Below, piece after piece: positions 40,774 through 50,154 of a stretch of DNA of 64,000 nt. Under the pieces are notes generated by a model. It was not told the DNA's origin and made no database searches. It saw only the letters and a list, made by a program, of their open reading frames with translations. How positions within the stretch are numbered: position 1 is the first letter of the stretch; each line of letters opens with the position of its first letter. Source of the DNA: an uncultured delta proteobacterium (GTDB taxonomy: Bacteria > Myxococcota_A > Polyangia > Fen-1088); the NCBI GenBank assembly GCA_963737265.1, contig CAVTRY010000012.1:224001-288000 (forward strand), read 5' to 3'. The position numbers and the translations under genes were made by a program.

Positions 40774-41466
40774 GTGACGAAAGACCCCACTCAGCTACCC
40801 GACTGGGAGAAACTTCTGGCGGCGGAGCGGCACATTCAGGCGCTTGTGCCAGGGACGGTCCTCGTGGGGGGAACGGCGGCAGCCATCCATGTCGGCCATC
40901 GCGTGAGCCTGGACGGCGATCATGTCGTTGCCGACCTGCGCGATCGTTTCGACGAAGTCATCCGGCAGCTCGAATCGGCCGCCGGCTGGCAGACCGAGCG
41001 ACTGCAAAAGCCGGTGCTGATTCTCGGGCAAATGGACGGGATACTGACCGGGATAAGGCAACTGCGCCGCGCGCACCCGCTCGAATGGGAAATCGTGGAC
41101 GGCTTGCGCGTGCCGACGCTCGCGGAGATGGCGCGCGTGAAGGCTTGGCTGCTCGCGACCCGGTACACGGTTCGCGACTACCTCGATACCGTCGTCCTGT
41201 TCGAGCGCATCGGGCAGGAACACCTGGAGTCGGCCCTGCGCGATTTCGACGTACTGTACGCACAGCCGACCGGCGCTTCCGTATTGGCCGAGGTTGCCGA
41301 CCGATTGGCGGTGGCCGCGCCCGGCGACGCGGATCGCATCGACCTATCCAGCTACCGTGGCCTACGGGCACCGTGGAATGACTGGAACTACCTTGTCGAG
41401 CGCGGGCGGTCGTATGCGGCGATCGTCGCGCGCATTGCACTGACCGGCGGGCGAGGCTCGCCGTGA
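40774..41466 (+). CDS. Nucleotidyltransferase, AbiEii-like type IV toxin
   Basis: LVGGTAA..HRVSLDGD (GG..DxD), K..L..R..RDYLD. Confidence 0.75.
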   Translation: MTKDPTQLPDWEKLLAAERHIQALVPGTVLVGGTAAAIHVGHRVSLDGDHVVADLRDRFDEVIRQLESAAGWQTERLQKPVLILGQMDGILTGIRQLRRAHPLEWEIVDGLRVPTLAEMARVKAWLLATRYTVRDYLDTVVLFERIGQEHLESALRDFDVLYAQPTGASVLAEVADRLAVAAPGDADRIDLSSYRGLRAPWNDWNYLVERGRSYAAIVARIALTGGRGSP

Positions 41467-41750
41467 CGAACGCAACCTTGGCGCAATCGCGGGCGCTGTG
41501 GAATCGCCGCCAGCCTGTGGACTTGAACGACGAGGGCGTTCTTGCGCAAATCCTAGACCGCGGCGAGATGTCCGCTTGGCGGGAGCTGTACCGCCTTGCC
41601 GGTGCAGACCCGGATCTGCGTGCGCGAATCGCCCGGGTGGTGGCGAAAGTGCCATTGCTCATGCCGAGGTTTTGGCTTGCGGCCCTGAAGAGTCTTGGCG
41701 AGCCGGTCGACCTCGGCATGGATCTGCCGCGAGCCGATCTCGGGCTTTGA
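41463..41750 (+). CDS. Small protein, putative partner/antitoxin of the nucleotidyltransferase
   Basis: GTGA overlap with the upstream gene; QILDRGEMSAWRELY motif. Confidence 0.6.
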   Translation: MTNATLAQSRALWNRRQPVDLNDEGVLAQILDRGEMSAWRELYRLAGADPDLRARIARVVAKVPLLMPRFWLAALKSLGEPVDLGMDLPRADLGL

Positions 41751-41850
41751 TCTACTACCTCCGGGCCGTCGCCCCAAAAGGCCAGGGGGTTAGGGAAGAA
41801 CTAGCCGCGGCCAGGCTGGACCAAAAAACAACTTCGTATAGCATGGCGCC

Positions 41851-44184
41851 ATGGATTTGATGTTTGGCCCCTCGCTTGGCATCTCGCCTTTTTGGCAGCT
41901 CGAAAACAAGGTCATCTTGGTTGGCAGGCTCGATGCCAGTCGGCTATGTCGCGACGGCGAATACGAGGCTCTCAATCTCCTCCAGGCGCTGTGGGACTTT
42001 CGCCGCCTGTGGCCGAGGCCGCCCTGGCGCATGCGGCGCTTCGCCGCCGACGCCCGGCTGTCGAGATTCCCGCTGTCGTCGCTCGACGATCGCAAGGTGG
42101 ACGAGCTGATTGAAAGCGCCATCCGGCTCGGCGATTTGGTCGCCATCAGGAAGGTCGACCCGGCCGTGCTTGCGGCGCGGCCCGTGGATCCAGCCGTGGC
42201 GAAGCTGCGCCTGATTCGCGAGATCGAAGCCAAGACCGGCGGGAAGATGACCGAGTCGGGCCGTCACTACCGGCTGCTGCGCGACATCGACTTCGAAAAG
42301 TTCCCCGAGCGCAACTACTACTATGTGGTCCGCCAGGACGAGGCCAAGCAAGTCCTGGACGCCCTGGCCAAAGGGACCGGCACGTCCGGCGAGCTGGCAG
42401 CACTTTTCGCCAAGGCGCGCGACCAGATTACCCGCGACTGGCGTCGGCCCTTTTCATCGCCCGACGGTCTCATCCTTCTTCGCCGCGCGCCGGTCGAGCG
42501 CGCGCCAGCGAAGGATACCGGACCCGCCATCACGCCGTCGCAGATGAAGGCGCTGCTCGATGCCGAAAAGCCGGTCACGTTCTTTGCCCGTTTCGTCGAC
42601 GAGCACGGCAAGGGGCTGTCCGGTTTTACCGGCACGCTGGCGCACGGCTCGGATCCCGATAGCGACTTGGCGTTTCCCGGCAGCGGATTCGCCAAGGTCA
42701 CCCTCAAGGGCAAAGCGCAGGCGTGGCTCACCCTATCGGACGATGCGACCCAGGACTTGGTCGATGCCTTGAAAGCCCGCTGGAAGGAAATTCGCGGCAA
42801 GGTGGACAAGGCGTGGAAAGCGAAGGAAGAAGCGCTGGTCGAAGTGTCGTTCGAGAAGGGCAAGCTGCCCGAACTGCAACTGGAAGCCGAGAAGAAGCAC
42901 ACCTTCATGCTCCGGCCCCCCGTGGCGTTGGCGCGCATGCACGGCATGTACTTCGATGCCAACAAATGCTTCCTGCTGCCCACGGCGATTGCCAGCCTTA
43001 AGCGTCTGGTCCAAATCTACGAGCTGCACCTCGATTCGGAGTTGCTGATCGTCGGCCACACCGACACGGCGGGCTCCGAGGCTTTCAACCTGGATTTGTC
43101 CGCCGATCGGGCCGAGGCGATGCGGGCATACCTGCGCGACGACGCCGACACCTGGCTCGCCTGGTGGAACGAAGGCGTCAGGAAGAGCAAACGCTGGGGC
43201 GAGCACGAGGATCTCCAGATGATCGACGCCCTGGTGCCCGACGACCGATTCGGCGACGGCAGTCACGTCAAAGCTTACCAGAACTGGCACAACGGCGAGG
43301 CGCCCGACGCGCGCCAAGAAGACCAGGCACGCGGCCAGCCCGACGGATGGGAAGAGCTGAAAGTCGACGGTATCCTGGGACCGAAAACGCGCCGGCAACT
43401 GATCCTCGATTACATGAATCTGGCCGGCACGTCGCTGGAAGACGACGTGCGCGTAGTCACCTACGGTTGCGGGGAATACTTTCCGCTTGAAAGCGAGGAA
43501 GGCGAGGTCGATCAAAAGGCCGAGGACAATGAAGAGGTGCAATTCGACCGGCGCGTGGAAGTGTTCTTCTTCGCCAAACCGTTCGGCATCCTTCCGCCCG
43601 TGCCTGGGGTGGCCGACGGCGTGTCGTCGAAGACAGCGACCAAGGCAGCCAAGGGCGACAAGCTGTATCCCGAGTGGCGGCTGCGCGCATCCCGTTTCCA
43701 TGCCGTCGAGACCGAGGCCGATGGTTTTCGGTTTCGCTTGTGCGACAGCGACCTTGCGCCCTATGCCAACCGACCGTTTGCCTTGTGCCTGGAAGACTAT
43801 CCCGAGCTTCGCGGTACTACCGACGACGGCGGCTTCGTCATTGTCGACTCGCCGCCGGCGGGTGCGCAAGGCTACGTCGAGGTGTGGCCCGACGACGAGC
43901 TTCCCGAGGAAACCGTTCGCTGGGAGCTCGGCATCGACGCCATGATTTCGCCCGCAACGCCGCTTGGCGCATCAACTCGACTGTTCAATCTGGACTACTT
44001 CGCCGGCGAGCCGAGCGACGAAATGACGGACGAGCTGCAGGACGCCATCAGTTACTTCCAGGGCGACACCGCCGGGCTGGAAATTACGGGCGAGCTGGAC
44101 GACGACACTTGCGCAGGGTTGCGCAACCTCCACGAGTGCGAGCCACTGGCCGCTTCCCCTGGCTCCGAGGAGCCGACCGGATGA
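41851..44184 (+). CDS. OmpA-like + peptidoglycan-binding multidomain protein (777 aa)
   Basis: FDANKCFLLP, IVGHTDTAGSEAFNLDLSADRAEA, RRVEVFFF (OmpA C-domain); LKVDGILGPKTR and RLFNLDY..FQ..LEITGELD (PG-binding). No signal peptide. Confidence 0.85.
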   Translation: MDLMFGPSLGISPFWQLENKVILVGRLDASRLCRDGEYEALNLLQALWDFRRLWPRPPWRMRRFAADARLSRFPLSSLDDRKVDELIESAIRLGDLVAIRKVDPAVLAARPVDPAVAKLRLIREIEAKTGGKMTESGRHYRLLRDIDFEKFPERNYYYVVRQDEAKQVLDALAKGTGTSGELAALFAKARDQITRDWRRPFSSPDGLILLRRAPVERAPAKDTGPAITPSQMKALLDAEKPVTFFARFVDEHGKGLSGFTGTLAHGSDPDSDLAFPGSGFAKVTLKGKAQAWLTLSDDATQDLVDALKARWKEIRGKVDKAWKAKEEALVEVSFEKGKLPELQLEAEKKHTFMLRPPVALARMHGMYFDANKCFLLPTAIASLKRLVQIYELHLDSELLIVGHTDTAGSEAFNLDLSADRAEAMRAYLRDDADTWLAWWNEGVRKSKRWGEHEDLQMIDALVPDDRFGDGSHVKAYQNWHNGEAPDARQEDQARGQPDGWEELKVDGILGPKTRRQLILDYMNLAGTSLEDDVRVVTYGCGEYFPLESEEGEVDQKAEDNEEVQFDRRVEVFFFAKPFGILPPVPGVADGVSSKTATKAAKGDKLYPEWRLRASRFHAVETEADGFRFRLCDSDLAPYANRPFALCLEDYPELRGTTDDGGFVIVDSPPAGAQGYVEVWPDDELPEETVRWELGIDAMISPATPLGASTRLFNLDYFAGEPSDEMTDELQDAISYFQGDTAGLEITGELDDDTCAGLRNLHECEPLAASPGSEEPTG

Positions 44185-45053
44185 CGAGGCGCCGCGGTAT
44201 CTTCCTGGTTGCCTGGGTCGTTGGGGGATGGCTGGCGGCACTGGTCGCGGTGCCGCATCTGCGCTGGTGGATCGAGGAGCACAACCATCGCACGACAGGA
44301 CCGTCGTACGGGCTGGCCAACGACGCGGCGGCGTCCCTCGCGGCGGCTCTCGATCAACCAGCGCGCGTTGCCGAGCTGGTGGCAGTTCCGGAATCCGAGC
44401 CCACGCCCGCGACCTCGTGCGAGCTCACCTGGACCGATCGAGAAAAGACCTATGTCTACGCGCAGCGGGCCTCGCGGGCAGCGCCCGAGACCGCGTGGCG
44501 GGCGGTCACGGTCGCCGGCAAGGCGATCCTCGGCCGCTATGTCGCGGACTTGTGGGCGGGCGACTGCAGGGAGAAGGGCTCCGACTACAAAAGGGACTGC
44601 ACCGTGGTGGAGCGCGCGCGACTGGTCGAGCGGCGGGAGATCCCCGTGGCACCTTCACCCGACAGGGCGACACCGCTGCTGCCCGGTGAGTGCACGCTCG
44701 GAACCTTCGCGGGCAAGCCAGGCGTCGTCGGCCGGTACAAGGTGACCCTGCCCGCGGAGCGCGAGATCACGGTGCGCGCATTCGTGATCCCGGCCACCGC
44801 GTTCCTGGCGTACCGGCTGTCGCTGCGCGGACAGGATGCCCCACACGTCGACAAGGAGAGCACCATGTTTCGCTCGCTCGGCCAGGGCGAATACGACCTG
44901 GAGGTCACCCTGCTACCCGCAGTCGGCGCCGCCGACCTGCCCGGCGAGTACAGCCTGCAAGTCCACTGGGGCCGCGCTGTCGGCCCTCGCTGTCCCATTC
45001 CGAGCTTCGACGAGAGCAACTGCTACGACGTTCCGGGCGGGAAGCAGCCATGA
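44181..45053 (+). CDS. Membrane-anchored Cys-containing protein A1, putative immunity
   Basis: ATGA overlap with the upstream gene; N-terminal TM helix; paralogous to 45050-45931. Confidence 0.72.
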   Translation: MTRRRGIFLVAWVVGGWLAALVAVPHLRWWIEEHNHRTTGPSYGLANDAAASLAAALDQPARVAELVAVPESEPTPATSCELTWTDREKTYVYAQRASRAAPETAWRAVTVAGKAILGRYVADLWAGDCREKGSDYKRDCTVVERARLVERREIPVAPSPDRATPLLPGECTLGTFAGKPGVVGRYKVTLPAEREITVRAFVIPATAFLAYRLSLRGQDAPHVDKESTMFRSLGQGEYDLEVTLLPAVGAADLPGEYSLQVHWGRAVGPRCPIPSFDESNCYDVPGGKQP

Positions 45054-45931
45054 AGGCTAACGGATCGCCCATCGAACACCTCGCGCGGGCTGTCGGAGCC
45101 GTGGGCTGGGCGTGGGCGACGATCCTGCTCCTGGGGACGGTGCTGACCCTGGAACGCGACCGTGGGGCGCCGTATCCGGCGGGCCAGTTGGGAGAGGCGT
45201 TTGCGAGCACAAAGCCAGTGGACCGTGAGATTTTCGGTCCATCGGGGACGCGTCTCCTAGGGCACGGTACTTGTCGCGATATGTGGTTCGATGATGACGC
45301 TGTACTGATTCGCGGAATCGGACCCATGAACGGCTCGACGGCATCGGCCTGGCTGACCCTGACAGTTGGCTCCCAGGTCTTCGTTGGCAGAGTGACCGTG
45401 GACCTGTGGAACGGAGCCGGGGCAGGAACGGGTGGCCTGGAATCCTCGACAAACTATATCATCGCCACCAACCTTCGTTTTGTGGAGCGAGTTCCGCCAC
45501 CCCGCTCTGCCCCCCCCGGATGGCGGGTCATGCGTCCGGGCGAGTGCGTCCTCTGCAGCGCAGAGCCACTGGATGCTTCCGGAGTCATCGGAAGGTTCTT
45601 GATCGACCTGCCGGCAGAACGCTTCGTCAACATTGGACTGATGCCGGAAGCTGAAGGCGAGTACATACCAATGGACTGGAAGCTCACTTTCGATGGGCAG
45701 GATGTCCGAACGGTCCAAGAGGACGAGTACAAAGAAGGCCGATATCGGCCACAACGAGAAGGACGATACGGGCTTACGGTCCGTCGAACCGATGGACCAG
45801 ATGCCGGCCGGATACCCGGAAGACCATGGCAACACTACAGCGTCCAGGTGGATTGGGGTGCGGCGATAACAGGGTCGTGCGAGCCACCTCATGGCAATTC
45901 CGACTGTTTCATGGAGGTCCATCGTGAGTGA
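45050..45931 (+). CDS. Membrane-anchored Cys-containing protein B1, putative immunity
   Basis: ATGA overlap; TM helix; shares VDLW, PGEC.L, GR..LPAER and YS.QV.WG...C with A1. Confidence 0.72.
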   Translation: MKANGSPIEHLARAVGAVGWAWATILLLGTVLTLERDRGAPYPAGQLGEAFASTKPVDREIFGPSGTRLLGHGTCRDMWFDDDAVLIRGIGPMNGSTASAWLTLTVGSQVFVGRVTVDLWNGAGAGTGGLESSTNYIIATNLRFVERVPPPRSAPPGWRVMRPGECVLCSAEPLDASGVIGRFLIDLPAERFVNIGLMPEAEGEYIPMDWKLTFDGQDVRTVQEDEYKEGRYRPQREGRYGLTVRRTDGPDAGRIPGRPWQHYSVQVDWGAAITGSCEPPHGNSDCFMEVHRE

Positions 45932-46297
45932 TTCACCGGGAAGATTTCGAGGCAAGGACGTGAAGGCGACAGGAGCACACCAGAAAGCAGATGCCAATGA
46001 GAAGCGCAATCACCCGCTGCCGGACTCGATCGAATACCAAGTTCGGCCCGAGATCGCCAAGACCCTGCGGGCTCCGTCCGCGCACAGCGTCGATCCTCAT
46101 GGCACTTCGACGCTCGTTCAGAAAGAAGTGGCCACCCTCATCTACATGGACGTAGGCCGCTGGAGCGGGAGTGCGCCGACGGAGCATGATACGCAGTCTC
46201 ATTGGGGCAAGCATCGCGACTTCGGAATCGTCTGCGGTCGCCTCGCCGTCCTCTGCACCTATACAGGCGATCCTTCGTCGGGGGGACCGGATGATCC

Positions 46298-47725
46298 CAT
46301 AGGCATTAACCCAAAAACTTGCGATTTCTCCAAGAACGCCCGCATATGCTCGGGATGGACAACATAGCGAAGGACAGCACCACGGGCGACTGGCCAATGA
46401 TTGCGGCGCAGCTTCCATCCGGATGGGAGGATCTGGCGGTCGAGATGGGCGTGGTCTACACGAAGTTTCCGGCGCACATGGGCACGAAGGTGACCGAGGC
46501 GGCACATTTGCTGCAGCCGATTCTGTACCAGGTGGCGACGAACTCGTCGCTGGCCGTGACGGTGGCGATGGCGGCGGCGGCCGGGGTGATCAAGATGTCG
46601 GCAGTCGGGCTGCACAAGCGAATGAGAACCATTGGTCCCTACCTGGCGCGACTGGTGACGCTGATGACGGATGCCGAGGCTTCGTTCGCAGCGGAGCGAT
46701 GGGCGGGCTACGACGTGGTGATCGTGGACGGCTCTTCGGTGTCGCGGCCAGGAGCCGAGGGCACCACGGCTCGCGTTCACTATGCGCTGCGCTTGAGCAC
46801 GTTGCGGCCTGTGCAAATCGAGGTCACGGATGACAAGGGCGGCGAGACGTTCAGAAACTTCGATGCCGAGGCGGGACAACTGTGGATGGGCGACCGCGGC
46901 TACTCGAACCCGCCTGGCATAGCGGCGATCATGGCGGCGGATGCCGACGTACTGGTCCGATACAACCGTGGCTCGCTTCCTCTGTACGGCATGAACGGGC
47001 AGCTACTCGACGTTCAGCGAATGCTGGCTCGCCTCAAGCATCCGGGGGTTGCACGCGAATGGTACGCAGAGGTCCATCCGCAGGGTGGCAAGGCGATCGC
47101 TGGCCGGCTGTGCGCGTTGCTCTTGCCGCCCGACAAAGCAGAGGAGGCTCGGCAGCGCGCGCGACGGGAACAAGGTCCGTCTGTGACTGAGGAAACCCTT
47201 GCGGCCGCGCAGTACGTGGTGGTGTTCACGACCGTACCGAGGTCGCGGCTGACCGCCGCCCTGGTCATGGAACTATACGGCCTCCGCTGGCAAATCGAGC
47301 TTCACATCAAGCGGGACAAATCCATCGCAGGGCTCAACCGACTGCCCAACTTTCGCAACGACACTGTCTATTCCTGGATTTGCGCCAAGATGCTGCTTAC
47401 CCAGATCGCCCGCAAACTTGCTACACCCAACGTGGCTATTCCCCCCTGTGGAGAACTCGACTGGTTCGGCATCCGACGAGCCGCAGAAAGGCGTCAGGGC
47501 CGGACTCAGGCGATCAAAGCACCGGGTCGTAGCCGAGCCATGGCGTCTCATGACCGTCCTCTGGCAAACCGTATGCGCGGCGCTCACGCCGATCAGCGCC
47601 AGTCGGTTTCCCGATTTCTTGCAGGCATTCCTTGACCACCTTCAACTCCAAGTCCCGCGCAAGCGTCTACGCAGCGCCGTTAAGTTCCAGCAACATCTTG
47701 CGGAGGAATTGGGTTAATGCCTATG
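46298..47725 (+). mobile_element. IS4 family insertion sequence
   Basis: Perfect 15-bp TIR CATAGGCATTAACCC / GGGTTAATGCCTATG; 11-bp TSD CCGGATGATCC / CTGGATGATCC. Confidence 0.92.
46346..47717 (+). CDS. IS4 family transposase (frameshift at a C-run near 47441-47446)
   Basis: IVDGS, GDRGY, Y..RWQIE..K (YREK) motifs; the C-terminus continues in ORF 47418-47717. Confidence 0.85.
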
Positions 47726-49263
47726 CTGGATGATCCTGTGCTCAAAGCCGTAGAAGACTCAATCAAATCCTCACCCGAATTCGAGAAGATCCTCCCCCTT
47801 CTCAACATCCTCTCCTCCGATCCCAAGCTTGGCTGGGTTCAGGTAACCAAGGCGGCGCTGGGCCGCAAGTTGAACAACGAGATCCCGAAGGAGGACAGGA
47901 TCTACGTGATTCTCGGGGATCTCCATGCCCCGGTCATGACCGACGGCAGGCGCACGTACTCGGACGAGCCCCAGCAGAGGTCGCTGGCCGACGCGATGGG
48001 CGTCCAATCAATTCCTGGCGGCTACGCCAGTGCCGCTCTTGCATCGGGGGTGCTCAAGCGCGGACCCCTGCACAGATGGCGCGGGCGCTACGATCCGGGC
48101 GTTCTGGCCAGCGAGGTCTTGCCTGACGTCGCCCGCGACTTGGGCGAGAGCGCGAAGGCGATCGTCGAGGCCAATCCCATCGCGCTCTATGCTGGGGAGA
48201 CCCTGGCCGTGGCGGAGGCTCCGGGGACCGCGACGGCGCTCATTACCGTGGGCGGCGCCGCCTCGGCGGTTCTGATCGAGCTTGCCGCCAAGACCCGCCT
48301 GCGCGAATGGCCCGACACGGAGGGTGGCCATGCCGAGAACGTCCGCGATTGGTTCGCCCGATACCACGGCACCCACGACAAGAAAGGCGCCGACATCTTC
48401 GAGGACGCGGGGACCGACTTGTTGCTCTGGCTCGCGCTGCTCAAGGACTACAACCAGGCAAAAGAGGGAAACAACCTGCCGGTGCGGCTGATGCAACTCG
48501 GGGATCTCTTCGATTTCTGGATCGGGCTCAAGTGCCCTTTCAGCCTGACCCACGGGTCCAGGAGCTTCCCGAACAAGAAAGCGGCCTTGGAGTTCGTGCA
48601 GTACTGGATGGACGAAACCCTGCGCTCTCCGTCCATTAACTACCTGTGGAACTTCGACAAGCACGCGGCGACCAGGCCCGACCTCAAGACCGTGTTTCTG
48701 TACGGAAACCACGACACGTACATGGGCAGCCTTCTTCCGGCAATCGTAAAAGAGCGTTTCGAAGACGATCCCGGTCTGGTCGCGCAGCACGGCCACCAGG
48801 AAGACACCTTCAACAAAGAGGAGAACGCGGCGAGGGGTTACCTGCTCACCCAGGCTGCCTTTTCCGACGACTACATTCGCGGCATCGAAGATCCCATGTC
48901 CGCCCTGGGTCCCACGCTCTTCGGCGGAAGCTGGACGCGCCTGGATCTGGCCGAGATGGCACTTCGGACCTGCGTCTTCGATAGGGTCAACCTAGGAAAG
49001 AAGCCGGCCATGACCTTCGTCATGGGCCACACCCACGAGCCGGTGCTGCAGGTGATCCATGTCGTCGCAGTCCACCAGGACGAGTCCCGAGCGACATCGA
49101 AGCCCCCAGGCGCGCCCACACCCATGTTGCAGGCCCCGTCCGCGGCCGAGTCCCAATCTCGAAATACGTCCACCAAGACTGGGTATAGGGGATAATTCCG
49201 CCGTGTAGGCGGATGTAGTTTACATGGTCTCTGTTCATCGGCGTTTTTTTCGAGCGAGGGAAA

Positions 49264-50154
49264 ATGGCGCTTGAAATGACTATCCACAGGCGCCGGGGCC
49301 TCTCCCTGGTTGCTTGGGTCGTTGGGGGATGGCTGGCGGCACTGGTCGCGGTGCCGCATCTGCGCTGGTGGATCGAGGAGCACAACCATCGCACGACAGG
49401 ACCGTCGTACGGGCTGGCCAACGACGCGGCGGCGTCCCTCGCGGCGGCTCTCGATCAACCAGCGCGCGTTGCCGAGCTGGTGGCAGTTCCGGAATCCGAG
49501 CCCACGCCCGCGACCTCGTGCGAGCTCACCTGGACCGATCGAGAAAAGACCTATGTCTACGCGCAGCGGGCCTCGCGGGCAGCGCCCGAGACCGCGTGGC
49601 GGGCGGTCACGGTCGCCGGCAAGGCGATCCTCGGCCGCTATGTCGCGGACTTGTGGGCGGGCGACTGCAGGGAGAAGGGCTCCGACTACAAAAGGGACTG
49701 CACCGTGGTGGAGCGCGCGCGACTGGTCGAGCGGCGGGAGATCCCCGTGGCACCTTCACCCGACAGGGCGACACCGCTGCTGCCCGGTGAGTGCACGCTC
49801 GGAACCTTCGCGGGCAAGCCAGGCATCGTCGGCCGGTACAAGGTGACCCTGCCCGCGGAGCGCGAGATCACGGTGCGCGCATTCGTGATCCCAGCCACCG
49901 CGTTCCTGGCGTACCGGCTGTCGCTGCGCGGACAGGATGCCCCACACGTCGACAAGGAGAGCACCATGTTTCGCTCGCTCGGCCAGGGCGAATACGACCT
50001 GGAGGTCACCCTGCTACCCGCAGTCGGCGCCGCCGACCTGCCCGGCGAATACAGCCTGCAAGTCCACTGGGGCCGCGCTGTCGGCCCTCGCTGTCCCATT
50101 CCGAGCTTCGACGAGAGCAACTGCTACGGCGTTCCGGGCGGGAAGCAGCCTTGA
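49264..50154 (+). CDS. Membrane-anchored protein A2 (near-identical copy of A1)
   Basis: Translation almost identical to 44181-45053; GAGGG SD. Confidence 0.78.
   Translation: MALEMTIHRRRGLSLVAWVVGGWLAALVAVPHLRWWIEEHNHRTTGPSYGLANDAAASLAAALDQPARVAELVAVPESEPTPATSCELTWTDREKTYVYAQRASRAAPETAWRAVTVAGKAILGRYVADLWAGDCREKGSDYKRDCTVVERARLVERREIPVAPSPDRATPLLPGECTLGTFAGKPGIVGRYKVTLPAEREITVRAFVIPATAFLAYRLSLRGQDAPHVDKESTMFRSLGQGEYDLEVTLLPAVGAADLPGEYSLQVHWGRAVGPRCPIPSFDESNCYGVPGGKQP

Larger units (their letters stand above)
44187..49179 (+). repeat. Tandem duplication unit 1 (A-B-phosphoesterase, with IS4)
   Basis: Near-identical to 49288-52851 except for the IS4, the centre of gene B and the enzyme 5' end. 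Confidence 0.92.
45924..49195 (+). pseudogene. LpxH-like metallophosphoesterase putative effector, copy 1, interrupted by IS4
   Basis: N-part MSDSPGRFRGK...GGPDDP joins in frame to VLKAVEDS.. after the IS is removed; GDLH, LGDLFDFW, GNHD, HGH, GHTH. Confidence 0.85.
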
